A stretch of 64,000 nucleotides of DNA from the NCBI GenBank assembly GCA_004366205.1, contig SIRW01000054.1, positions 7,990 through 71,989 on the forward strand. The letters run 5' to 3'. Below are positions 51,026 through 60,227 of the stretch, in pieces. The stretch comes from Actinomycetota bacterium. GTDB lineage: Bacteria > Actinomycetota > Acidimicrobiia > Acidimicrobiales > CADCSY01. The notes beneath the pieces were generated by a model. The model was not told the origin of the DNA and did no database searches. It was given only the letters and a program-made list of their open reading frames with translations. A program made the translations under genes and the position numbers. Numbering within the stretch: position 1 is the first letter of the stretch; each line of letters starts with the position of its first letter.

Positions 51026-51997
51026 ATGCCGCATCGCCGTGGCTCCGCCGTGCCCGTCCGGGCCGGTGGGGTGCTCACCGCCGCTCTCGCCACGATCGCC
51101 GTCCTCGCCGCGTCGCTCGTCCTCACCGCCGGGCCGGCGGGGGCGAGCCCCGAGCACGAGCTGCTTGCCGCCCTCAACCGTCACCGCAGCGCCGCCGGGC
51201 TCGCCCCCCTGCAGCTGCAGGGCGACATCCACGGCTACGCCCGCCGGCACGCCGCCGACATGGCCGCCGCCGGGCGGATCTGGCACGGCAACGTGTCGGC
51301 CCACGCGCCGGCGGGCTGGCGCCGGCTCGGCGAGGCCGTCGCCTCGGCTGAGACCGTGCAGGGCCTGGCCGACGCCATCATGGGCTCGCCCTCGCACCGT
51401 GCCCTCGTGCTCGACCGCGGGTTCCAGTGGGCGGGCAGCGGCGTCGCCGCCGGCCACGGCCGCCTCTACGCCGCGGTGCCGCTCATGGACCACCCCGACC
51501 CCAACGGCACCGGCGGCCAGCAGGCCGCCCCGCCCCCCACCACGCAGGCCCCACCACCGCCGCCCCCGGCGCCGTCCGCATCGCCGGCGCCCCCGCCGGC
51601 GCCCGCACCGTCGCCCCCGGCCGCGGCGCCGCCAGCACGGCGGCCCGCCGGTGGCGGCCCGGACGCGGGCAGGACCCTCACCGCCGCCCCCGAGGGTCCG
51701 CCCGCCGGGGTGGGGACGGCCGGTCCGCCGGCCGTCCCCACCCCACCTCCCGCCGTCGCCCGGTCGCTCGACGGGCTGCGCCACCTCGACAGGCCCGCCG
51801 AGCCCGCGGCGCTGCGGGCGACCGCCTACCTGTCGTCGGTGCTGTGCCGGCGCTGCGGGGCCGGCGTCGAACCCCGCCGGGGACCGGCCCCTGGGGCCAC
51901 CCTCGTCGCGCCCGCCAGCCTCGCCGTCCAGGTGGGGCTGGTCCAGCCGGCGGGCGTGCCGGCGCCGCGCTCCGGTGTCAGCGACCGCCGGCGTTGA
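51026..51997 (+). CDS. secreted CAP/SCP-domain protein with Pro-rich C-terminal region
   Basis: ATG at 51026. It has a signal-like N-terminus, a CAP-like block (LNRHRSAAGLAPL...HAADMAAAG...GSPSHRALVL) and a long Pro/Ala tract. The 3' end overlaps pth by 20 nt. Confidence 0.6.
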   Translation: MPHRRGSAVPVRAGGVLTAALATIAVLAASLVLTAGPAGASPEHELLAALNRHRSAAGLAPLQLQGDIHGYARRHAADMAAAGRIWHGNVSAHAPAGWRRLGEAVASAETVQGLADAIMGSPSHRALVLDRGFQWAGSGVAAGHGRLYAAVPLMDHPDPNGTGGQQAAPPPTTQAPPPPPPAPSASPAPPPAPAPSPPAAAPPARRPAGGGPDAGRTLTAAPEGPPAGVGTAGPPAVPTPPPAVARSLDGLRHLDRPAEPAALRATAYLSSVLCRRCGAGVEPRRGPAPGATLVAPASLAVQVGLVQPAGVPAPRSGVSDRRR

Positions 51998-52595
51998 AGC
52001 GGGTCATGGCGGCGGCGATGCCGTCGGCGACGATCGCCTCGACGGCGTCTGCCGCCTCCTCGACCACCACGTCGAGCTCGGTGCGCACCGCTTTGGGCGG
52101 GCGCTTGAGGACGTGGTCGGCGCCGGCCTCGCGTGAGGGCGGCTTGCCCACGCCGATGCGGACCCGGGCGAAGGCGTCGGTGCCCAGGTGCTGGCGGATC
52201 GACTTCAGGCCGTTGTGGCCGGCCAGCCCCCCGCCCTGCTTCACCTTGAGCCGGCCGACGGGCAGGTCGAGCTCGTCGTGCACGATCACCACGCGCTCGG
52301 GCTCGTCGATCCCGAACCGGCGCACGAGCCGGCTGACGGCCTCACCCGACAGGTTCATGTAGGTCAACGGCACCGCCAGCGCCACCCGGGCCCCGGCGAT
52401 CGTCCCGACGCCGGCGAGGGCGCGCTCCTTCTCCCTCGCCAGGGTCACGCCGTGGCGGCGGGCGAGCGTCTCGACGACCTCGGCCCCCACGTTGTGCCGG
52501 CTGCGGGCGTACTCCTCGCCCGGGTTGCCCAGCCCCACGACCAGCAGGTCGGCCGGGGTTCCCCGGCGCTCGCGGCTGCGGTCGAACAGCCCCAC
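51978..52595 (-). CDS. pth: peptidyl-tRNA hydrolase
   Basis: LVVGLGNPG..Y..SRHNVG, YMNLSG and GHNGLKS motifs. Confidence 0.9.
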   Translation of the reverse strand: MGLFDRSRERRGTPADLLVVGLGNPGEEYARSRHNVGAEVVETLARRHGVTLAREKERALAGVGTIAGARVALAVPLTYMNLSGEAVSRLVRRFGIDEPERVVIVHDELDLPVGRLKVKQGGGLAGHNGLKSIRQHLGTDAFARVRIGVGKPPSREAGADHVLKRPPKAVRTELDVVVEEAADAVEAIVADGIAAAMTRFNAGGR

Positions 52596-52613
52596 TGCGA
52601 CGGTCGCAGGCGG

Positions 52614-53309
52614 CTACTCGGCCGCCTGCTCCTCGGCGTCGCCGGCGTCCGCGTCGGGCAGCTCCTCGCCCGGCTCGACGCCCGCCTCGGCCAGCTCCTC
52701 GAGCGCCGCGGCCTCGGCCTCGGCCTCCTCGAGCTGCTCGGCCTCGATGGCGGCCCGGCTGACCTGGGCGACGGCGACGGGGTCCTCGGGGTCGACCTCG
52801 GTGGTGACGCCCGGCGGCAGCTTCAGGTCGCCCACGCGGATCGAGTCGCCGATGGTGAGCTCGGAGACGTCGGCCGTGATCTCGTTGGGGATGTCGGTGG
52901 GCCGGGCCTGAACGGTCAGCGCGTGCAACGCCTGCTCGACCACGCCCTGCTCGCGGGTGACCTGCTCGGCGTCGCCCGTGAGCACGATGGGCACCTCGAC
53001 GGTGACGGGCTTGTCGCGGTCGACGAGCACGAAGTCGACGTGCACGACCTCGTTGCGGATCGGGTCGCGCTGCAGGTCGCGCACCAGCGTGAGGTGGCTG
53101 TCGCCCCCCACCCGGAGGTTGATCAGGGCGTTGGTGCCGGCCTCGGTCGTGAGCGCCGCCCGCAGCGCCCGGCGCGGCACGGACACCGGCAGCGGGTCGA
53201 TGCCCCGGCCGTACACGACGGCGGGGACGTGACCCGACGCCCGCAGGCGGTTCGACGCGCGCGAACCGGTGACGCGGTTCGGGTCGGCGGTGAGGGTGAG
53301 CTCTTCCAT
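52614..53309 (-). CDS. rplY: 50S ribosomal protein L25 / general stress protein Ctc
   Basis: RASNRLRASGHVPAVVYG N-terminus, the Ctc-type two-domain length, and an acidic C-terminal tail. Confidence 0.85.
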   Translation of the reverse strand: MEELTLTADPNRVTGSRASNRLRASGHVPAVVYGRGIDPLPVSVPRRALRAALTTEAGTNALINLRVGGDSHLTLVRDLQRDPIRNEVVHVDFVLVDRDKPVTVEVPIVLTGDAEQVTREQGVVEQALHALTVQARPTDIPNEITADVSELTIGDSIRVGDLKLPPGVTTEVDPEDPVAVAQVSRAAIEAEQLEEAEAEAAALEELAEAGVEPGEELPDADAGDAEEQAAE

Positions 53310-53412
53310 CGCGGGCGCGCTCCTACGGGCGGTTCGGCTGGAGGACGACGGACCAGTGTAGGTGCCAACCCCGACGCCCCACCAACCGCGGGCGGCGCCC
53401 GCCCGGCCGGGG

Positions 53413-54396
53413 TCAGGCCTGGTTCTCGCCGCCGAAGATGTCGGACACCGAGGTGTCCTCGAACACCGCCCGGATGGCGTCGGCCACGATGCCGGCGATG
53501 GAGAGGACCTCGATCTGGTCGATCTGCTTCTCGGAGGGCAACGGGATCGTGTTGGTGATCACGACCCGGTCGATGACCGAGTTCTTGAGGCGGTCGATGG
53601 CGGGGTCGGACAGCACGCCGTGGGTGGCCAGGGCGTGCACGGCCTCGGCCCCGTGCTTCACCAGCTGCTCGGCGGCGGCGCAGATCGTGCCCGCGGTGTC
53701 GATCATGTCGTCGATCAGCACGCAGGTGCGGCCGGTGACCTCACCGACGACGTCACGGGCCTCCACCACGTTGGTGGCGCCCGGCAGGTGCCGCTTGTGC
53801 ACGATGGCGAGATCCGCGCTCAGGTGCTGGGCGAAGCGCTCGGCCACCTTCACCCGGCCGGCGTCGGGCGCCACGACCACCAGGTCCTCGGGCAGGTGCT
53901 CGCGCGCCCAGAGCTCGAGCACGGGCATGCCCACCAGGTGATCGACGGGCCCGTCGAAGAACCCCTGGATCTGACCGGAGTGCAGGTCGACGCTGACGAG
54001 CCGGTCGGCGCCGGCGGCGGTGAGCATGTCGGCGACGAGCTTGGCGGTGATGGGCTCGCGGCCCTCGCCCTTGCGGTCCTGGCGGGAGTAGCCGTAGAAG
54101 GGGCAGACGGCCGTGATGCGCTTGGCCGACCCCCGCTTGGCGGCGTCGATCATGATGAGCTGCTCGATCAGGGCGTCGTTCACGGACCGGTCGCCCGCGC
54201 CGGCGTGGGTCTGGACGATGAACACGTCGGCGCCCCGCACCGACTCGCCGAACTTGCAGCGGATCTCGCCGTTGGCGAAGTCGACCAGGTTGGTCTCGCC
54301 CAGGGCCACGCCGAGCTCGGCGGCGATCTCCTCGGCCAGGGCCTCGTGGATGCGCCCCGAGTACAGACGCAGCTTCTTCCTGGGCACGAAGTCCAT
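53413..54396 (-). CDS. prs: ribose-phosphate diphosphokinase
   Basis: ATG at 54396 (alternative GTG at 54423). YGYSRQDRK, DLHSGQIQGFF and VLIDDMIDTAGT motifs are present. Confidence 0.9.
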   Translation of the reverse strand: MDFVPRKKLRLYSGRIHEALAEEIAAELGVALGETNLVDFANGEIRCKFGESVRGADVFIVQTHAGAGDRSVNDALIEQLIMIDAAKRGSAKRITAVCPFYGYSRQDRKGEGREPITAKLVADMLTAAGADRLVSVDLHSGQIQGFFDGPVDHLVGMPVLELWAREHLPEDLVVVAPDAGRVKVAERFAQHLSADLAIVHKRHLPGATNVVEARDVVGEVTGRTCVLIDDMIDTAGTICAAAEQLVKHGAEAVHALATHGVLSDPAIDRLKNSVIDRVVITNTIPLPSEKQIDQIEVLSIAGIVADAIRAVFEDTSVSDIFGGENQA

Positions 54397-54439
54397 CGCG
54401 CCGCCGGCCGTGGTCGTGGTCACGCAGTCACCCCTCGGA

Positions 54440-55534
54440 TCAGCCCTCGGGTGCAGTGTAGAACGGACCGGTGGTGAGGCCCGCCGCGACCTGGCTGCCC
54501 GGCGGGAGGTGGGCGAAGGGTCCGACGACGGCGCCGGCACCGATGGACGCCCGGTCGCCGACCGTGTGGGCGACGACGGCGCCCTCGCCGACGGCGCAGT
54601 CCACGAGGCGCGTGTCGGGCCCGAGCTCGGCACCGGCCGCCACCACCGTGGCGCCCGCCAGGGTCGTGCCCGGGAAGATCGTGACGTCGGGCGCCAGCCG
54701 CACCGACGTGTCGAGGTAGGTCCGGTCGGGGTCGACCATCGTGACCCCCGCCTCCATCCAGCGGCGGTTGGTGCGCCGGCGCAGCTCGGCCTCGGCCCGG
54801 GCCAGCTGCGCCCGGTCGTTGACGCCCACCGTCTCGCCGGGATCGCCCGCCGCCACCGACAGGACCGGGTAGCCGGCGTCGTGGAGGACCCCGACGACGT
54901 CGGTCAGGTAGTACTCGCCCTGGCTGTTCTCGGGGCTGAGGCGGCGCAGAGACGGGGCCAGCACGCTGCGCCGGAAGCAGTAGATCGACGTGGCGACCTC
55001 GTCGATCGCCCGCTCCTCGTCGGTGGCGTCGCCCTCCTCGACGATGCCGCGGACCCCGCCGTCGCGGCCCCGCACCACCCGCCCGTAGCCGGTGGGGTCG
55101 TCGAGGACGGCCGTGAGCAGGGTGGCGGCGGCGTCGGCGGTCTCGTGGGTCTCCACCAGCGCCGCGAGGGTCGAGCCCTGGAGCAGCGGGGTGTCGCCGG
55201 GCAGCACGAGGACGTCCCCCTCGTCGAGCTCCTCGGGCGAGAAGGCGGTGAGGGCGACCATGGCGGCGTCGCCGGTGCCCCGCTGGACGCGCTGCTCGAC
55301 GAACTCGAGCGTGAGGCCCTCGGGGCCCTGCTCCTGGAGGGTCTTGGTGACCCGCTCGGCGCCGTGGCCGACGACCACGACGGCGCGGTCGACCTCGAGC
55401 TCGGCGACGGCGTCGAGGATGTGCAGCAGCATCGCCCGGCCGCACAGCCGGTGCAGCGGCTTGGGGCGCTCCGAGCGCATCCGGGTGCCCTCCCCCGCGG
55501 CGAGCACCACGGCCGACAGCGGACGCGATCGCAT
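54440..55534 (-). CDS. glmU: GlmU-like UDP-N-acetylglucosamine pyrophosphorylase, C-terminally short (364 aa)
   Basis: VVLAAGEGTRMRSERPKPLH uridylyltransferase signature and GEYYLTDV. The left-handed beta-helix begins, but the protein stops right after GPFAHLPPG. The acetyltransferase catalytic third is absent, and only 43 nt separate the stop from prs. Confidence 0.8.
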   Translation of the reverse strand: MRSRPLSAVVLAAGEGTRMRSERPKPLHRLCGRAMLLHILDAVAELEVDRAVVVVGHGAERVTKTLQEQGPEGLTLEFVEQRVQRGTGDAAMVALTAFSPEELDEGDVLVLPGDTPLLQGSTLAALVETHETADAAATLLTAVLDDPTGYGRVVRGRDGGVRGIVEEGDATDEERAIDEVATSIYCFRRSVLAPSLRRLSPENSQGEYYLTDVVGVLHDAGYPVLSVAAGDPGETVGVNDRAQLARAEAELRRRTNRRWMEAGVTMVDPDRTYLDTSVRLAPDVTIFPGTTLAGATVVAAGAELGPDTRLVDCAVGEGAVVAHTVGDRASIGAGAVVGPFAHLPPGSQVAAGLTTGPFYTAPEG

Positions 55535-55554
55535 GGTCTTTGTCTAGCGCCTCG

Positions 55555-55626
55555 CTCGGGGGGGAGGGATCGAACCTCCGTTCCGGGATCCAAAGTCCCG
55601 TGTCCTGCCGATTGGACGACCCCCGA
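55555..55626 (-). tRNA. tRNA-Gln (anticodon TTG)
   Basis: Hand-folded cloverleaf on the minus strand, 72 nt. Acceptor TCGGGGG/CCCCCGA, D arm GTCC/GGAC, anticodon arm CGGGA-CTTTGGA-TCCCG, T arm GGAGG-TTCGATC-CCTCC, discriminator G. CCA is not encoded. Confidence 0.85.
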
Positions 55627-55725
55627 AGGATCGGACCGAGGCTACCGGCACACCCCGTCGCCGGCGGACGGGCGCTGCCCTGTGATCGTTCGCCAATCGA
55701 AGTTCCTGCGTGAGGGGAGCACAGG

Positions 55726-56303
55726 ATGGGAGCACTGGACGGCCGGGTGGCTTTCATCACGGGCGCGGGACGGGGCATCGGACGCGAGCACGCCCTGCTC
55801 TTCGCCCGCGAGGGCGCCAAGGCCGGCGAGCCGGTGAAGGCCTCGATCGTGAACACGAGCCCCCACCTCGGGGCTCTTCGGCAACGCCGGACAGACCAAC
55901 TACGGCGCGGCCAAGAGCGGCATCGCCTCGTTCACCACGATCCTGCAGGCGGAGCTCGGACGCTACGGTGTGCGCGCCAACGCCATCGCACCGGCGGCCC
56001 GCACCCGCCTGACGATGACCGTGCCGGGAGCGGCGGAGCGGGCCCAGCCGACCGAGGGGTGGGATCCGAGTGACCCGGCGAACATCTCGCCCTTCGTGGC
56101 CTACCTGGCCACGGCGGACTGCCGGATCGCCGGCCGGGTCTTCTTCGTCCGGGTGGTGAGGTGCACCTCTTCAAGCCGTGGTCGCTCGTCAACGCCGTCA
56201 AGAAGGACGGTGAGGGACGTGGACCCTCGACGAGCTGGCCGGTGCCGCCGACCGGCGCGCCGACGTCGAGGTCGACCTGGGCCTTCCCTGGTGCCGCGGC
56301 TGA
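55726..56303 (+). pseudogene. SDR family oxidoreductase remnant (in-frame deletion plus at least three frameshifts)
   Basis: LDGRVAFITGAGRGIGREHALLFAREGAK runs directly into AGEPVKASIVNTS, so about 100 aa of the core is missing. SGLFGNAGQTNYGAAKSGIASFT...VRANAIAPAARTRLT, GGEVHLFKPWSLVNAVKKDGE and WTLDELAGA... each lie in different frames, with shifts near 55865, 56150 and 56218. Terminal TGA at 56301-56303. Confidence 0.75.
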
Positions 56304-56385
56304 CGCTCGGCCGGGCGGGCCGATCGGTCCGCCTGCCGGAGCAGGCCTGGCCCGCCGCGGCCGGCAGGTCGCCCCCGTGCCACCG

Positions 56386-57255
56386 TCAACCAGCGCCCGC
56401 GAGGGCGGCTTCGAGCGCGGCCTGGTCGGGGTGCGGTGGCGGCGTCACGTCGGGCAGGGCGGCCAGGTGGTCGAGGGCGGTGGCCACGCTGTCGCCGGTG
56501 ATCACGGGCGTGTGGGCCGAGGTGAGCACCCGCAGGTCGAGCTCGCGCAGCCGGCCGACCTGGGCGGCGTAGGCATCGCGGTCGACGATCGCGAGCCACG
56601 GCGCCAGCGCGTGATGGTGGAACATGGCCATGCCCTCCTCCCACATGGGCGGCGGCACGTCGGCCACGTGCTCGACGGGCTCGGCGGGCATCGGCGTGGC
56701 GAAGGCGTCGGAGCCCCAGTACACGCCGGTGGTCGGGTCGTACAGGCCCCGGGTGGTGGGGCTGTCGTACACGGGCGGGCGCATGGCGCGCAGCACGCGG
56801 TCACCCACGTCCAGAGCGCCGTCGTCGTCGATCCACCGCATGCGATGGGGCGGGACGTCGATGGCGTTCGCCATGCGCTCGGTCAGCGCCCAGTTGGTGA
56901 CGACCGTCGCCTGCGGGCACAGCTCGAGGACGTGGTGGAGGTTCCCGGTGTGGTCGACGTCGTCGTGGGAGATGAAGATCCACCGCACGTCGGCCGGGTC
57001 GATCAGGCTGCCCACGTCGGCGAGCCAGGCGTCGCGGTTCGCCGGCGTGCTCGTGTCGACGAGCACGGGCTCGGCGCCGCGGATGAGCAGCGAGTTGAGG
57101 TGCACGGACAGCGGCGCCCCGAACGCCGGTTGGACGCTGCGGAGCAGGAAGGTCCCAGGGGCCACCTCGAGGGGCGGCATGTGGATGGGGGTCACGGGTT
57201 CGAATGCCACGTCGGGGACCGTACGGACCGGCGGGCCCGCCGACCATCCCCCCAA
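56386..57255 (-). CDS. MBL-fold metallo-hydrolase
   Basis: A variant of the HxHxDH motif (ISHDDVDHTGN) and downstream His/Asp ligand candidates. An alternative GTG start lies at 57210. Confidence 0.65.
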   Translation of the reverse strand: MGGWSAGPPVRTVPDVAFEPVTPIHMPPLEVAPGTFLLRSVQPAFGAPLSVHLNSLLIRGAEPVLVDTSTPANRDAWLADVGSLIDPADVRWIFISHDDVDHTGNLHHVLELCPQATVVTNWALTERMANAIDVPPHRMRWIDDDGALDVGDRVLRAMRPPVYDSPTTRGLYDPTTGVYWGSDAFATPMPAEPVEHVADVPPPMWEEGMAMFHHHALAPWLAIVDRDAYAAQVGRLRELDLRVLTSAHTPVITGDSVATALDHLAALPDVTPPPHPDQAALEAALAGAG

Positions 57256-57341
57256 GCGGTGGAGTCCATCCGCAAACGGGGGGTGCCGCCCCCCGCATCT
57301 GTAGGGGTGACGGCGGGTCGCGCCTGCCGTACCCTCTCGCC

Positions 57342-58418
57342 GTGGGCGTCAGGGCGGTGGAGCGGGCGAGGGACCGGCTGCTGGCGGCCGATGGCGCCAG
57401 CGCTCCCGTGGCTGCCATCTGCGAGCAGGTCGTGCACGCCTTCCACGACGTGGCCGGGTTCTCCTGGTGCGCGCTCCTCACGACCGACCCCCAGACGCTG
57501 CTGCCGTCGGGCGGGATCGTCGAGGGGTTCTCACCCCACGCGTGCGCCCCGTACTGGGACAACGAGCTGCTCGACGCCGACTTCAACAAGTTCACCGACC
57601 TGGCCCGCAGCGTCGAGCAGGTCGCCACGCTGCACGATGCCGTCGACGGCGACCTGGACCGCAGCCCCCGGTACCGGAACCTGTACGCGGGAATCGGCGG
57701 TGGTGACGAGCTGCGCGTGGTCTTCCGCTCGGGCACGACCGCCCTGGCGACGGGCGCGTTCGTGCGTCCCGCCGACCAGGGTCCCTTCACTCCCGGCGAG
57801 CTCGCCGATGTCCGCGCCCTGGTGCCGGTTGCGACCACCGTGCTGCGCCGGGCGCTGGGCAGGCTGTTCGAGGCGGCGACGAGCCAGGCACCGGTGGTGA
57901 TCGTGCTCGACGCGTCCGGCGCCGTCACCGCCATCACCGAGGGCGGGCGCAAGGTGCTGGACGACCTGCGGACCAACGGCATCGACGAGCCCGGGCTGCC
58001 CGGCCTGGTGCAGGTCGCCGCCCGCAAGGCGCGCTGGAGCCGGACCACGACGTCGCTCACCACCCGGGTGCGCGGACAGAGCGGTCGCTGGCTGCGCCTC
58101 CACGTCGCGCCCATCGAGGGCGAGGTCGGCGCCGTGGCCGTCACGGTCGAGCCCGCCCGGCCCGACGACCTGGTGCACATCCTGCTCGAGTCCTACGGGC
58201 TGACCGGGCGCGAGACCGAGATCGCCCTGCTGCTGTGCCGGGGGCTGTCGAGCAAGGAGATCGCCGCCGAGCTCATCATCTCGGCTCACACGGTGCGCGA
58301 CCACGTGAAGGCGATCTTCGAGAAGGCCGGCGTGACGAGCCGCGGCGAGCTCGTCGCCGAGCTGCTCGCGAACCGGGTCCTCGACGGTCTGCACCACACG
58401 GTGGCGCACCTGTCCTGA
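57342..58418 (+). CDS. LuxR-family transcriptional regulator
   Basis: GTG at 57342. C-terminal LuxR HTH: LTGRETEIALLLCRGLSSKEIAAELIISAHTVRDHVKAIFEKAGV. The N-terminal sensor region is of unknown type. Confidence 0.8.
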   Translation: MGVRAVERARDRLLAADGASAPVAAICEQVVHAFHDVAGFSWCALLTTDPQTLLPSGGIVEGFSPHACAPYWDNELLDADFNKFTDLARSVEQVATLHDAVDGDLDRSPRYRNLYAGIGGGDELRVVFRSGTTALATGAFVRPADQGPFTPGELADVRALVPVATTVLRRALGRLFEAATSQAPVVIVLDASGAVTAITEGGRKVLDDLRTNGIDEPGLPGLVQVAARKARWSRTTTSLTTRVRGQSGRWLRLHVAPIEGEVGAVAVTVEPARPDDLVHILLESYGLTGRETEIALLLCRGLSSKEIAAELIISAHTVRDHVKAIFEKAGVTSRGELVAELLANRVLDGLHHTVAHLS

Positions 58419-58474
58419 CGGTCGGGGCCGCGAGTCGCACGGGCGGGCCGGTCCCCGCTACCCTCGGCACCCTC

Positions 58475-58573
58475 ATGGGTTCGCTGATCAAGAAGCGCCG
58501 CAAGCGCATGCGCAAGAAGAAGCACCGCAAGATGCTCCGCCGCACGCGCTTCCAGCGCCGCGCCAAGAAGTAG
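58475..58573 (+). CDS. 30S ribosomal protein bS22 (actinobacterial 32-aa basic protein)
   Basis: MGSLIKKRRKRMRKKKHRKMLRRTRFQRRAKK matches the remembered mycobacterial bS22 pattern MGS.IKKRRKRM.KKKHRK.LRRTR.QRR. It is the tail of track ORF 58235..58573. Confidence 0.8.
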   Translation: MGSLIKKRRKRMRKKKHRKMLRRTRFQRRAKK

Positions 58574-58626
58574 CGACGCGGTGGGCGCCTGCGGGCGTCC
58601 CCGCCACCCCGACCGGCCGCCCCGCC

Positions 58627-59343
58627 TCAGCGAGGGCGGTCGGTTCGCGTCACCACCCGGCCATCGCCGGGGAACGCCCCCTCGACGAACCACGTCGACC
58701 CGCTGCCGGCCAGCACCGGGGTGCGGCCGGTGGCGTGGCCGAGCCGGTCCCGCCACTCGGCAAGCCGGGGCTCGACGGTGAGGGCGGCGGGTTCCAGGTC
58801 GTTGGGCCCGTCGGCGGTCGGTCCGCCGAGGCGATCCCAGGCGGCGTACACGGCCGGCGTCGACACGTGCAGCGGCGGCGTGAGCAGCGTGTAGGTGCGG
58901 TCGACGAAAGGGAGCGGCTCGACGACCTCGCCGGCGCCCGTGACCCGGGCCCGGCCACCGACGAGGCAGAACGGCACGTCGGCACCGAGCGAGGCCGCGA
59001 GCGTCCGGTCGTGGCAGCCCGCCCAGCGCAGCACGGCGGCGGCGTCGGCCGAGCCGCCCCCGAGGCCCCCGCCGGGGGGGATGCGCTTGGTGAGTCGCAC
59101 GTGCGCCGTGCGGCCCACGGCGGCGAGGGCCCGCCGCACCAGGTTCTCGGGACCGGCCGGCACGTCCCATCCCGCCGGCGCCTCCACGTCGAGCCCGTCG
59201 CCGCCGGCGTCGATCACCAGCCAGTCAGCGAGCTGGAGCGTCACCATCTCGGCGTCGATCAGGTGGTAGCCGTCGGCCCGCACGCCCGTCACGCGCAGCT
59301 GCAGCGTGAGCTTGGCCGGCGCCACCACCTCGACCGGGCTCAC
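58627..59343 (-). CDS. ispE: 4-(cytidine 5'-diphospho)-2-C-methyl-D-erythritol kinase
   Basis: GTG at 59343 forms a GTGA overlap with the rsmA stop. APAKLTL.LRV.G.R.DGYH, GHMP motif PPGGGLGGGSADAAA and SGSGSTWF are present. Confidence 0.85.
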   Translation of the reverse strand: MSPVEVVAPAKLTLQLRVTGVRADGYHLIDAEMVTLQLADWLVIDAGGDGLDVEAPAGWDVPAGPENLVRRALAAVGRTAHVRLTKRIPPGGGLGGGSADAAAVLRWAGCHDRTLAASLGADVPFCLVGGRARVTGAGEVVEPLPFVDRTYTLLTPPLHVSTPAVYAAWDRLGGPTADGPNDLEPAALTVEPRLAEWRDRLGHATGRTPVLAGSGSTWFVEGAFPGDGRVVTRTDRPR

Positions 59344-60227
59344 GCCCCACCGCCTCCGTCGAGGTGCCGGCCGCTGCGGCGCCCGGCGCGGGCGCTCACG
59401 GGCCGGCCCCGCGCCCGAGCGGCGGCGAGGCGCCCCCAGTCCTCGACCGCCAGCTCCTCGGGCCGGGCCTCGGGACGGACGCCGGCCGCCGCGAAGGCCT
59501 CGGGTGCGACCGTGCCCGCCAGCGAGCGGCGGAGCATCTTGCGGCGCTGGGCGAACCCGGCCCGGACCAGCGTGAACAGCTCGCCGGCGGGCACCACGGC
59601 GGGGTCCACGGCCGGGGTGGCGCGACGGTCGATCCGCACGAGCACGGACTCGACCCGGGGCGGGGGCACGAACACCGACGCCGGCACCCGGCCGGCGACC
59701 GCGGCCTCGGCCCAGTACGCCACCTTCACGGACAGCGCGCCGTAGCCGTCCGAGCCCGGCCGGGCGGCGAGGCGCTCACCGACCTCGCGCTGCACCATGA
59801 CGAGCATGCGGGCGATGGCGGGCACGCCGTCGAGCAGGTCGGCCACCAGCGGCGAGGCCACGTTGTAGGGGAGGTTGGCGACCAGCACCCAGCCGTCACC
59901 GTCGAGCACCGCCTCCCAGTCGAGGGTCAGGGCGTCGCCCTGCACCACGCGCACACCCGCCGGCTCCACCACCTCGCGCAGCACGGGCAGCAGGCGCCGG
60001 TCGAGCTCCACCGCGGTGACCGCCGCGCCGGTGCCGGCGAGGGCGAGGGTGAGCGACCCGAGGCCCGGCCCCACCTCGACCACCCGGTCGCCGGGCCCGA
60101 CCCCGGCGAGGCGGGCGATGCGCCGCACGGTGTTGGGGTCGACGACGAAGTGCTGCCCCAGCGCCTTGCTGGGCCGCAGGCCGTGGCGCTCGAGCAGCTC
60201 CACCGCCTGGCGGCGGGTCAGGGTCAC
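59340..60227 (-). CDS. rsmA: 16S rRNA (adenine1518/1519-N6)-dimethyltransferase
   Basis: GTG at 60227 forms a GTGA overlap with the tatD stop. LGQHFVVDPN, VVEVGPGLGSLT and ANLPYNV motifs are present. Confidence 0.9.
   Translation of the reverse strand: MTLTRRQAVELLERHGLRPSKALGQHFVVDPNTVRRIARLAGVGPGDRVVEVGPGLGSLTLALAGTGAAVTAVELDRRLLPVLREVVEPAGVRVVQGDALTLDWEAVLDGDGWVLVANLPYNVASPLVADLLDGVPAIARMLVMVQREVGERLAARPGSDGYGALSVKVAYWAEAAVAGRVPASVFVPPPRVESVLVRIDRRATPAVDPAVVPAGELFTLVRAGFAQRRKMLRRSLAGTVAPEAFAAAGVRPEARPEELAVEDWGRLAAARARGRPVSARAGRRSGRHLDGGGGA

Noticed and set aside
55555-56385. A tRNA-Gln-associated integrated element.
   Set aside because: There is no integrase, no direct repeat of the tRNA 3' end, and no foreign-looking cargo. 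The adjacent decayed gene lies on the 5' side of the tRNA, and the surrounding synteny is the conserved actinobacterial one.
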